A stretch of DNA of 64,000 nt from Narcine bancroftii (Eukaryota): contig NW_027212150.1 of the NCBI RefSeq assembly GCF_036971445.1, forward strand, positions 1 through 64,000. Direction: 5' to 3'. The notes under the pieces are model-generated. The model did not search any database and was not told the origin of the DNA. It saw only the letters and a list, made by a program, of their open reading frames with translations. Shown here in pieces: positions 31,080 to 45,500 of the stretch (positions are counted from its first letter, which is position 1; each line of letters opens with the position of its first letter). A program made the position numbers and the translations under genes.

Positions 31080-31740
31080 GCCATACACCCATCAAAAAGT
31101 CCCCAGCCACACTGGTCCCACCTGCCCCTATTCCTCTAAACCCCTCCCATCCATGGACCTGTCCTACCCACACTGGTCCCACCTGCCCCATCCCTCTAAA
31201 CCCGTCCCATCCATGGATCTGTCCCACCCACACTGGTCCCACCTGCCCCTATCCCTCTAAACCCCTCCCATCCATGGACCTGTCCTACCCACACTGGTCC
31301 TACCTGCCCAATTCCTCTAAACCCATCCCATCCATGGATCTGTCCCACCCACACTGGTCCCACCTGCCCCATCCCTCTAAACCCCTCCCATCCATGGACC
31401 TGTCCTACCCACACTGGTCCTACCTGCCCCATTCCTCTAAACCCATCCCATCCATGAATCTGTCCCACCCACACTGGTCCCACCTGCCCCATCCCTCTAA
31501 ACCCGTCCCATCCATGGATGTGTCCCACCCACACTGGTCCCACCTGCCCCTATCCCTCTAAACCCCTCCCACCATGGACCTGTCCTACCCACACTGGTCC
31601 CACCTGCCCCATCCCTCAAACCCGTCCCATCCATGGATCTGTCCCACCCACACTGGTCCCACCAGTTCCTATCCCTCTAAACCCATCGCATCCATGGATC
31701 TGTCCCACCCACACTGGTCCCACCTGCTCCTCTCCCTCTG
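31080..31740. repeat. ~60 bp tandem repeat CACACTGGTCCCACCTGCCCCATCCCTCTAAACCC...CCATGGA
   Basis: About 10-11 copies, probably from a LINE tail fragment, in the putative 3' UTR. Confidence 0.9.
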
Positions 31741-31903
31741 AACTCCTCCAATACATCGACTGCCTTGGGAGCCCTTAAAGTCCTCCCTGGGTGTAAGGGG
31801 AGGGTTACATTGCGGGCAAGATGCGGAAGGAACTTTGTGTGTTGTACCTGGGACCTCAACCGGACAGAGTAAAAAGTGTATTTTCACCAAAACAAATCAA
31901 AAT

Positions 31904-31909
31904 TTTATT
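31904..31909 (-). terminator. polyadenylation signal of FIMP-like gene
   Basis: TTTATT on + (AATAAA on -) about 75 nt after the stop, followed by U-rich sequence. Confidence 0.7.
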
Positions 31910-31982
31910 TAAAAATATGTGTGAAATGAGGTGTGTTCAACTCAATCAAGTCCTCACTCTCAGCTTGGTGCGGGTAGGGGGA

Positions 31983-34900
31983 TCATCTGTGGAACAGAGA
32001 GGAGGACGAACGGTCAGGGAAGAGGTCATTAACAGTTCCTCCCAGACCATCCTCCACCTGTCCTCCCTCTCCCCACCCCTCACTCTCCCTCCCTCTCTGC
32101 CTTCCTCCCTACTTCTGCCCTCCCTCGATCTACCTCACAACCCTTCCCCCTCCGTTCCCTCTCTGACCTCCTCACTCAAACCTTCACCCTCCCCATCACC
32201 ACCTCAATTCCTCCCTCACCTAGCCCTGCCCTTACCCCCTCCCTCCCTCCACACCAATCCCACCCCTCCCTCCCACTCACTTTCTTCCTGCCTCAACCAC
32301 TCCCTCTCCACACCCCCTTCTCCCTCTCGCCTTCCCCCTGCCTCTTCCCTTCCATCTTGCCCCAACATCCTACTTCCTGCATCCCTCTGTCATCTCCCTC
32401 CCTCCATCCCCCCCCCCCCTCCCCCCCGCCCCGCAACATCCTACACTAACCGGAAGCAGAGGATCAGACCAAGCATGAAGGCAAAGAGCGAACAGAACGA
32501 TCCTGCCACCACCATCTTCATCATAGGCTCCAGGGTGTCTAGGGGAGTGGGGGGAGGGGAGCAAGGTCAGTTCCCCCAATGCCATCTCCCCCGCCCCGGG
32601 GTCAGTTCCTCCAATGCCATCTCCCCCGCCCCGGGGTCAGTTCCCCCAATGCCATCTCCACTGCCCCGGGGTCCGTTCCCCCAATCCCATCAACCCCGCC
32701 CCGGGGTCTGTTCCACCAATCCCATCACCCCCGCCCCGGGGTCCGTTCCCCCAATCCCATCACCCCCGCCCTGGGGTCCGTTCCCCCAATCCCATCACCC
32801 TAGCCCCGGGGTCAGTTCCCCCAATCCCATCAACCCCAATCCCATCACCCCCGCCCCGGGGTCCGTTTCCCCATCCCATCACACCCGCCCCGGGGTCCGT
32901 TCCCCCAATCCCATCACACCCGCCCCGGGGTCCGTTCCCCCAATCCCATCACCCCCGCCCCAGGGTCCGTTCCCCCAATCCCATCACCCCCGCCCCGGGG
33001 TCCGTTCCCCCAATCCCATCAACCCGCCCCGGGGTCCATTCCCCCAATCCCATCACCCCCGCCCCGGGGTCCGTTCCCCCAATCCCATCACCCCCGCCCC
33101 GGGGTCCGTTCCCCCAATCCCATCACCCCCGCCCCGGGGTCCGTTCCCCCAATCCCATCACCGCCGCCCCGGGGTCCGTTCCCCCAATCCCATCACCGCC
33201 GCCCCGGGGTCCGTTCCCCCAATCCCATCACCGCCGCCCCGGGGTCCGTTCCCCCAATCCCATCACCGCCGCCCCGGGGTCCGTTCCCCCAATCCCATCA
33301 CCGCCACCCCGGGGTCCGTTCCCCCAATCCCATCATCCCCGCCCCGGGGTCCGTTCCCTCAATCCCATCCCCCCGCCCCGGGGTCCGTTCCCCCAATCCC
33401 ATCCACCCAGCCCCGGGGTCCGTTCCCCCAATTCCATCCCCCCCGCCCCGGGGTCCGTTCCCCCAATCCCATCACCCCCGCCCGGGGTCCTTTCCCCCAA
33501 TCCCATCACCCCCGCCCGGGGTCCTTTCCCCCAATCACAACCCCCCCCCCGCCCCGGGGTCCTTTCCCCCAATCCCATCCCACCCCGCCCCGGGGTCCGT
33601 TCCCCCAATCCCATCCCCCCCCGCCCCGCCCCGGGGTCCGTTCCCCCAATCCCATCCCGCCCCGGGGTCCGTTCCCCCAATGCCATCTCCACTGCCCCGG
33701 GGTCCGTTCCTCCAATCCCATCAACCCCGCCCCGGGGTCTGTTCCACCAATCCCATCACCCCCGCCCCGGGGTCCGTTCCCCCAATCCCATCAACCCCAA
33801 TCCCATCAACCCCATCCCATCACACCCGCCCCGGGGTCCGTTCCCCCAATCCCATCACCCCCGGCCCGGGATCCGTTCCCCCAATCCCATCACCCCCGCC
33901 CCGGGATCCGTTCCCCCAATCCCATCACCCCCGCCCCGGGGTCCGTTCTCCCAATCCCATCACCCCCGCCCCGGGGTCCGTTCCCCCAATCCCATCAGCC
34001 CCGCCCCGGGGTCCGTTCCCCCAATCCCATCACCGCCGCCCCGGGGTCCGTTCCCCCAATCCCATCACCGCCGCCCCGGGGTCCGTTCCCCCAATCCCAT
34101 CACCGCCGCCCCGGGGTCCGTTCCCCCAATCCCATCACCGCCGCCCCGGGGTCCGTTCCCCCAATCCCATCATCCCCGCCCCGGGGTCCGTTCCCCCAAT
34201 CCCATCCCCCCGCCCCGGGGTCCGTTCCCCCAATCCCATCCCCCCCGCCCCGGGGTCCGTTCCCCCAATTCCATCCCCCCCGCCCCGGGGTCCATCCCCC
34301 CCGCCCCGGGGTCCGTTCCCCCAATCCCATCACCCCCGCCCCGGGGTCCGTTCCCCCAATCCCATCACCCCCGCCCGGGGTCCTTTCCCCCAATCCCATC
34401 ACCCCCGCCCGGGGTCCTTTCCCCCAATCCCATCACCCCCGCCCGGGGTCCTTTCCCCCAATCCCATCACCCCCGCCCGGGGTCCTTTCCCCCAATCCCA
34501 TCCCCCCCCCCGCCCCGGGGTCCTTTCCCCCAATCCCATCCCCCCCCCCGCCCCGGGGTCCTTTCCCCCAATCCCACCCCACCCCGGGGTCCGTTCCCCC
34601 AATCCCATCCCACCCCGCCCCGGGGTCCGTTCCCCCAATCCCATCCCCCCCCACCCCGGGGTCCGTTCCCCCAATCCCATCCCCCCCCGCCCCGCCCCAG
34701 GGTCCGTTCCCCCAATCCCATCCCCCACCCCACCCCGGGGTCCGTTCCCCCAATCCCATCCCCCCCCCCCCGCCCCAGGGTCCGTTCCCCCAATGCCATC
34801 ACCCCCGCCCCGGGGTCCTTTCCCCCAGTCCCATCTCCCTCTCTCCGGGGTCAGTTCCCCCAGTTCCATCTCACCATTGCCACAAGGACCACCAGCCCAG

Positions 34901-35789
34901 CTCTACTTACCACCCTGCTCCTTCTTTCTAACCCCAGGGGTCCTTGGGCAGTGATAGGGAGCAGCAGTGATAGGGAGCAGGAACTCTGGCTGGTGACCCC
35001 ATGCTCTCCTGTCTCTCCATCTCCTCTCTTTCCCTCCCCCCCCCCAAACGGGATTACTGGGCAGTGACGTGGCTGATTCATTCTCTCCACTCACTCCATC
35101 CATGTATCCTCCTCTCCCTTTCCCTCGCTCCCTCTCCCCCTCTTTCCCTCTCCTCCTCCCTCCCACCACTCACTCTCTTTCCCCCTTCTAAATTATTTCC
35201 TCGGTTCCATGACTGAACCCCTTCCCCGCAGAGTGTTGGGCAGACCTTGGTGCATGCCGGGAGTGTGGGTGGGTTTCTGGGACTCACTCTCAGGCAGATC
35301 GGGGGTCTCATTGATCCAATGATAGGTCTGCTTGATTTGTTGCTCATCGGTGTCTCCGTAATCCCACCACAGGTGTCCAGGCCCCCGGGAGCGATCAGGG
35401 GAGGCTGCCGTTGACAAAGGCACCTGAACAGGAGTCTGAGGCGTCCTGCCTGGTACTGCCAAAGTCAAGGGTCACAAGATTAAGCACTGATTCCCCCATC
35501 TGGTGTGGGGGGGGGGGGTCATGACCTGGTGAAATGACCCAGGGTCACAACCTGCACCCACATCAAGCATTGACAACTGGGTCGCAAGGTTGCGCATTGG
35601 TGAATGAATCACTCCCCGACCTCATGGGTCATGAGGTTCTGCCCCGAATTCCTGGGTCACCACCCACCACCCCCCCATTAATCCCCAACGCTAGGGTGAG
35701 GGGTCATGGGTCATGTGGAACCTACAGGAAAGAGAAGCTGCCACCAGTGCACACAAGAAGATCCCATGGAGCTCAGCAATCAGCCACAT
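31983..35789 (-). CDS. 107-aa type I membrane protein, putative FIMP/C16orf92 (fertilization-influencing membrane protein) orthologue
   Basis: Exons 35789-35726, 35455-35288, 32538-32451, 31986-31983, with GT-AG introns of compatible phases 1/1/2 and GCCATG start context. Protein MWLIAELHGIFLCALVAASLSLPGRTPQTPVQVPLSTAASPDRSRGPGHLWWDYGDTDEQQIKQTYHWINETPDLPENTLEPMMKMVVAGSFCSLFAFMLGLILCFR*. Lies next to the 3' end of TLCD3B. Confidence 0.75.
32451..32538 (-). CDS. FIMP-like exon 3 (transmembrane helix)
   Basis: ccactcccctag|AC...CG|gttagt; MVVAGSFCSLFAFMLGLILCF. Confidence 0.75.
32570..34870. repeat. 35 bp C/G-skewed minisatellite CCCCGGGGTCCGTTCCCCCAATCCCATCACCCCCG
   Basis: Dozens of copies filling intron 2 of the FIMP-like gene. 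Confidence 0.95.
35288..35455 (-). CDS. FIMP-like exon 2 (ectodomain)
   Basis: tttggcag|TA...GAG A|gtgagt; contains WWDYGDTDEQQIKQTYHWINETP. Confidence 0.75.
35726..35789 (-). CDS. FIMP-like exon 1 (signal peptide)
   Basis: gccATG...TCC T|gtaggt; MWLIAELHGIFLCALVAASLS. Confidence 0.65.
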
Positions 35790-36095
35790 GGCTGAGCCAG
35801 GGGGCATTAAGTGCCAGGAGTCGTGACCCTCTCCACCCTGGTGACATCACACAGGGTTCCAGGCAGGTCACAACCGCCCGCAACTTTTCCCTCATGGACC
35901 CACAGCTCAGCAGTCAATCAGATGCCTGGGTGGGGATTGGAATCCGTCTGTCCTCCCTTCCTCCCCCCCCCCCCCCCCCGTCCCCTCACACCTTCCCATC
36001 TCTTACCTCACCATATCCTCCCTCTTTACCACCAGAATGAGGGCAAATGAGTGCTTATGCAGAGAGAAGACAGATCCCAGTCACTGTTGAAGGGT

Positions 36096-36101
36096 TTTAT
36101 G
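36096..36101 (-). terminator. candidate variant polyA signal (CATAAA) of TLCD3B
   Basis: On the minus strand TGTA-containing, A/T-rich UTR-like sequence precedes CATAAA; no canonical AATAAA seen on - in the putative UTR. Confidence 0.4.
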
Positions 36102-37189
36102 GATACAACAGGAACTTTACAGAATTATGAAACATTTTTGTGTACAGTATGTCACAGCCCGGGCATCTCCCTGCCAGCGGTCCCCTCACATATGTCCCAA
36201 GGAGCTCCAGGGGCATTCGGAGAGTGGCCTCTCCATCTTCCTGCTCTCAAGCCTCTTCCTGCGGACCACGCTGTCTTGTCGATTGAGGGTGGAGGGAGAG
36301 GGAGGGAAAAGAACAAGAGGGGGAGAGAAAGAGAGGGGAGAAAAAGAGGGAGAGGGGGAGAGACAGTGAGGGGGAGGGAGGTGGGGGGGGAGAGAGATGG
36401 GTTTGAGGGGTAGGACGGGGAATCTTTGCCTTCCTCTCTCTGTTCTGTGCATCCCCTCCTGATGGGATAGTGTTGGGTCCGTTGAGAGGGACTTGTGGCT
36501 GAAACGCTGGCCTTCCACTCACTCCCCTCCCCCAGTAATAAATAGTCAATAAATATTTACAGCAGCAAACTCTGGAATAAATACCCTACAGAGTGGGCGA
36601 AGGTGAGGAGGGGCTCCGAGAATACATCCCAGCCCTGATACCTCCCTGACTCCACACTGACCCATTCCGGATCTTTCACTCCTCAGCCCCACACTGACCC
36701 ACTCCTGATCTGTCCCGACCCCTCATTGAACCACTCCTGACCTATCCCGACCTCTCCCTGACCTGTCCTGACCCCTTCCCTGACACCACACTGACCTCTC
36801 ACCAACCCCTTCCCTGACCTGTCCTGACTCCTCCCTGAACCACTTCTGACCTATCTCGACCCCTCACTGACTCCCTCCCTGACCCTTCACTCCTTCCTTG
36901 ACTCAAAGCTGACTTCCCACTGCCCCAACCCTGACCTGTCACTGACACACCCCTGACTGCTCCCTGACCTCTGACCCCTTGCTGACCCCACACTGACCTC
37001 TACCTTACCTCTTTGAACCTTCCCCATTCTCAGCCAGGGAGGGCAATCAGGGAGGTTGGGATTGCCCCCTCCCAGCCCTGGGTGGGGAAATAGTGCTTGG
37101 TGAAACCCCCTATCCCTCAGTCAGGGAGTTGCGATCCTTTGCCACCCACCCACTGACCAAGTGAGAAGACGGAGAAACCCATCAGCCCC

Positions 37190-37520
37190 CTAGAGAGGGA
37201 GCTGACACCCCTCTCTAACCTACAGAGGGAGGTGACACCCCTCCCCCAGAGAAGGAGCTGACACCTCTCCATCCCCTAGAGAGGGAGGTGACACTCCTTC
37301 CCCCCAGAGAGGGAGGTGACACCCCTCTTTCCCCCCCCCCCCCAGAAGGTGGTGACACCCCTCTCCCCCTGAGGAAGTGGTAACACCCCTCTCCCCCGAG
37401 AGAGGGAGGTGACACCCCTCTCCTCCTGAGGGAGTGGTAACAACCCTCTCCCCTTAGTGAGGGAGGTGACACCCCTCTCCCCCTGAGAGAAGGAGATGAC
37501 ACCCCCTCTCACCCCTCCCA
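37190..37520. repeat. ~30 bp quasi-palindromic tandem repeat AGAGGGAGGTGACACCCCTCT
   Basis: About 10 copies directly after the TLCD3B stop codon. Confidence 0.8.
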
Positions 37521-37522
37521 CA

Positions 37523-40063
<2,541 letters not shown>

Positions 40064-40089
40064 CTGGAAACGAAGACATGGGGGAGGGG

Positions 40090-42560
40090 TCAGCATGCAG
40101 ATTCACCCAGAACACAGTCAGCGTCCGTTCACCCGTATAGCAAATGCAGTCCACGTCCATTCACGTGTACTGCAAACGCAGTCTGTGTCCATTCACATGT
40201 ACAGCAAATGCAGTCAATATCCAGCCCCATGAACAGCAAATGCAGATAGCATCCAGCTCCGTGTACAGCCAAAAAAGCCAGCTTCCATCCCCACGTACAG
40301 CAAATGCAGTCCACATCCATTCACCCATACACCAAATGCAGTCCGCGTCATTTCACCGGTACAGCAAACGCTGTCCACATCAGTTCACATGTACAGCAAA
40401 AGCAGTCCATGTCCGTTCACGTATACAGAAAATCCAATCTGTGTCTGTCAGCATCAACCCTGCATAGAGCAAACACAGTCAGTGTCCAGCCCCTCGTACA
40501 GCAAATGCAGTCAGTGTCCAGCCCCATGAACAGCAAATGCAGATAGCATCCAGCTCCGTGTACAGCCAAAAAAGCCAGCTTCCATCCCCACGTACAGCAA
40601 ATGCAGTCCACATCCATTCACCCATACACCAAATGCAGTCCGCGTCATTTCACCGGTACAGCAAACGCTGTCCACATCAGTTCACATGTACAGCAAAAGC
40701 AGTCCATGTCCGTTCACGTATACAGAAAATCCAATCTGTGTCTGTCAGCATCAACCCTGCATAGAGCAAACACAGTCAGTGTCCAGCCCCTCGTACAGCA
40801 AATGCAGTCAGTGTCCAGCTCCGCGTAAAGCCAACAAAACCAGCATTCATCCCCACGTACAGTAAACGCAGCCAGTGTCTGAACCCGCATACAGCAATCT
40901 CAGCCAGTGTCTGTACCTGCATACAGCAAATGCAGCCAGCACCTGTCCCCACATACAGCAAATGCAGCCAGAGTCTGTACCTGCATACAGCAAACGCAGC
41001 CAGCATCTGTCCCCGCATACAACAAACTCAGCCAGTCTCTGTCCCCGCATACAGGAAACGCAGCCAGCGTCTACCCGAATACAGGAAACACAACCAGCGT
41101 CTGTCCCCGCATACAGCAAACGCAGCCAGCGTCTGTCCCCACATACAGCAAACGCAGCCAGTGACTGTAATCACATACAGCAAACACAGCCTGCATCTAC
41201 CTGTATACAGCAAACGCAGCCAGTGACTGTACCTGCATACAACAAACGCAGCCAGCGTCTGTACCCGCATACAGCAAACGCAGTCAGCGTCTATACCCAC
41301 ATACAGCAAACGCAGTCAGTGTCTGTATGCAGCAAATGCAGCCAGTGTTTGTACTCACATACATCAAATGCGGCCAGCGTCTGTACCTGCATACAGCAAA
41401 TGCAGCCAGCATCTGTTCCTGCATACAGCAAACACAGCCAGCATCTGTCCCTGCATACAGCAAATGCAGCCAGAGTCTGTACCTGCATACACCAAACGCA
41501 GTCAGTGCTGTCCCGGCATACAGCACACGCAGCCAGTCTCTGTCCCCGCATACAGCAAATGCAGCCAGCGTCTATCCGCATACAGCAAACGCAGCCAGCG
41601 TATACCCGAATAGAGGAAACACAGCCAGCGTCTGTCCCCACATACAGCAAGCGCAGCCAGTGTCTTTACCCACATACATCAAAGGCAGCAAGTATCTACA
41701 AACATACAGCAAACGGAGTCAGTGTCTGTAACCGCATACAGCAAATGCAGTCAGCTTTCATCCCCACATACTGCAAATGCAGTCAGTGTCCAGCCCCGCA
41801 TACACTAAACACAATCAGCATCTGGCCCCGTGTTCAGCAAACATAGGCAGCATCCAGACAACGTACAACAAACACAGTCAGCATCTATACCTGCATACAG
41901 CAATTGCAGTCAGTGTCCGTCCTCACGTAAAACAAACACAGTCAGCGTCTTGCCCTGCATACACCAAACACTGTCAACATCTGTCATCACATACAGCAAA
42001 TGCAGTCAGCGTCTGGCTCCGTGTTGGCGAATGCAGGAAGTGTCTGTCCCTGTGTGCAGCAAATGTAGTCAGTGTCCGTACCTATGTAATGCAAACGCAG
42101 CCAGAATCCATCACTGCATACAACAAATGCAGTCAGCATCCATCCTTGTGTACAGAAAACATAGTCAGTGTCCCTCCCTGCATGCAAATGCAGTCATTGT
42201 CTATGCATCCAGAAAACTCAGTAAGCGTCCATCCCATGTAAAGTAAATGCAGTCAGCATCCACCCCTGCATACACCAAACACAGCATTTGACCCCGCATA
42301 TAGTAAACGCAGTCAGTGTCTGTCCCTGCATACACCAAACACAATCAGTTTCCAGCCCTGAGTTCAATAAACATAGGTAGCATCCAGCCCCGTGTTCAGC
42401 AAATGCAGTCAGCATCTGTCCCCACATACAGCAAACACAGTTAGTGTCCGTCTGGTCCCCTCATATAGTAAACACAGTCAGCATCCATCCCCATGTACAG
42501 CAAAAACAGTCCACACCTGGCCCTGCATACAGCAAATGTGGGAAGCGTCCACCCCTGTAC
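40090..42560. repeat. ~32-34 bp degenerate minisatellite CATACAGCAAACGCAGCCAGCGTCTGTCCCCG
   Basis: Visible; includes a near-exact 297-bp duplication at about 40220-40815. Confidence 0.9.
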
Positions 42561-42579
42561 ACAGTTCATGTGCTCTGTC

Positions 42580-45500
42580 ACACAGGGCAGTGTTCAGTCC
42601 CATGGAAAGCGCACTCAGTGTTCATTCCTACATACGTATAGCACACGCAGGTTCAGTTCTGCATATTGCAGTGTTTAGTAGGATGCCTCACACGCACAGT
42701 GTTCAGTCCTGCATCTTGCACACATTGCATTCTGTCTTGTGTATCACACACAACATTCATTCCAGCATCTCTCGCATACACAGTTTCAGTCCTGCATCTC
42801 ACACATATTCAGTCCTGTATTTAGCACACACCGTTTTCTGTTGTGTGTTTGGCACACACAGCGTTCAATCCTGCATCTGGCACAGACCGTGTTCAGTCCT
42901 GTGTCTTGAAAGTGCAGTGTTCAGTCCTGCATCTCACACACACAATGTCCATTCCCGCGTCTCACGCACACAGGATCAGTCCTACTTCTCACACACATCA
43001 ATCATTCTTGCATCTAGCACACACAGTGTTCAGTCCTGCATCTCTCACACACAGTGTTCAACCCTATGGCTCTCACAGAGATTGTGGAGCCCTGCATCTC
43101 TCACATACATTGATCACTCTTGCATCTGGCACACACAGTGATCAGACCTACATCTTACACAGACAGTGTTCAGCCCTCACATAGTGTTGAGCCCTGTGTC
43201 TCTCAGACACAGTGATCAGTCCTGCTTCTAACACACACATCTATCAGACCTACATCCCCACACAATGTTCAGTCCTGCATCTCGCACACAGAAATCAGTC
43301 CTGGGCCTCACACACAGCGATCAGTCCTGCATCTACACACAGTGAGCTGTCCCGCATCTCACACACAATATTCAGTGCTGCATCTCCACACAGTGATCAT
43401 TCCTGCGTCTCTCCCACACAGTGGTGAAAAATGGCTGAAGATGAATAAACTGAATAAACTGCGAAGGGTGATGGAATGCAAAATATGTAGATTAGAGCTT
43501 GAAAATAAACATCACTAACTTGTAAGAAACCTCAAGGATGAATTAATCTGGTTTTGACTGGCCAAGGGTATCCCTTAGTCACCATTGCCCTTGCTTAATA
43601 AAGACATGAATATTAACTTAGACGCCCCTAAGGATGGGACAGCCTAATTAACATAACATGCGATGTATGATGAGGGAGGGTGTGTGGTATCTGTAGGGAT
43701 GGAAGGGAAAAGGGGAAGGTTGTAAGGTATTGAAATTCCGATTGGAAGAAAGGTGGGGTGATATTGAGCACTGAACTGCACAAAAGAATGATGATTCTGG
43801 ACCTCCGGTGTGTCTTGGGACTAAGAGACACCCGACTCTGCAGACCCAAAATAAAGCTGAACCTGTTCTCCAAGACTGTGTTTGCAGAGTAGTGATTGTG
43901 AACACTTTATATTGACAGTGATCTGTCCTGCGTTTCACAGTGATCAGTCCTGCCTCACACACAGTGATCATTTCTGCGTCTCTCACACACTATGTTTATT
44001 CTTCCATCTACACACAGTGATCAGTCCTGCGTCTCGCACACGACGATCAGTCCTGCATCTCGCACACGGTGATCAGTCCTGCATCGCACACAATAAGTCG
44101 TCCATCTCCAACACACACAAGTCCTGTGTTTCACACACAATGTTCAATCCTGCATCTCGCCACAGCGATGAATCCTGCGTCTCACACACAGCGATCAGTC
44201 CTGCATCTACATACAATAATCTGTCTTTCATCTCACATACAATATCGAATGCCGCATCTCGCACACAGTGATCTGTCCTGCGTTTCACAGTGATCAGTCC
44301 TGCCTCACACACAGTGATAAGTCCTGCGTCTCACACACAGCAATAAGTTCTGCATCTCACACACGACGATCAGTCCTGCACCTCACACACAGCGATTGTC
44401 CTGCACCGTGCACACAGTGATCAGACTTGCATCTCGCACACAGTCACCAGTACTGCATCGCACACAATGTTCAGTTCTCCATCTCCAACACACATCAGTC
44501 CTGCGTCTCACACACAGTGATCCGACCTGCTTTTCACACACTTATTAGTCATGGATCTCACACAGTGATCAGACCTGCTTTTCACACATTCATTAGTCCT
44601 GGATCTCACACACAGTGATCAGTCCTGCGTCTCACACACAATGATCAGTTCTGCTTCTCAGACACATTCATTCCTGGGTCTCTCACACAAAATGTTTATT
44701 CCTGCATCTCATAGTGATCTGTCCTCCATCTCCACACAGCGATGAGTCATGCGTCTCACACACAGTGATCAGACCTTCTTTTCACACACTCATTAGTCCT
44801 GGATCGCACACAGTGATCAGACCTGCTTTTCACACACTCAATAGTCTTGGGTCTCACACACAGTGATCAGTCCTGCGTCTCACACACAGCGATAAGTTCT
44901 GCATCTCACACATGACGATCAGTCCTGCACCTCACACACTGCTATCAGTCCTGCGTCTTACAAAGTGATCTGTCGTGCGTCTCTCACACAGTGACCAGTC
45001 CTGCGTCACTCACACACAATGTTTATTTCTGCATCTCACAGTGATCTGTCCTCCATCTCCACAAAGCGATGAGTCCTGCGTCTCACACACAGTGATAAGA
45101 CCTTCTTTTCACACACTCATTAGTCCTGGATCTCACACACAGTTATCAGTCCTGCATCTCACACACAGTGATCAGACCTGCTTTTCATATACTCATTAGT
45201 CCTGCATCGCACACACAGTGATCAGACCTGCTTTTCATATACTCATTAGTTCTGCATCTCACACACGACGATCATTCCTGCACCTCACACACTGCGATTA
45301 GTCCCGCACCGTGCACAGAGTGATCTGTCCTGCATCTCAACACAGTGATCTGTCCTGGGTCTCTCACACAAAATGTTTATTCCTGCATCTCATAGTTATC
45401 TGTCCTCTATCTCCACACAGCGAGAAGTTCTGCATCTCACACACAGCGATCAGTCCTGCACCTCACACACAGCGATCAGTCCTGCACCTCACGCACAGCG

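Noticed and set aside
31821-35067. 1036/817 aa PRP- or mucin-like ORFs
   Set aside because: The 35-bp unit is not a multiple of 3 and cycles through frames; it is intronic to the minus-strand gene.
36537-36582. Three + strand AATAAA as the end of a hidden + gene
   Set aside because: No convincing + strand exons upstream; better read as AU-rich elements of the minus-strand TLCD3B UTR.
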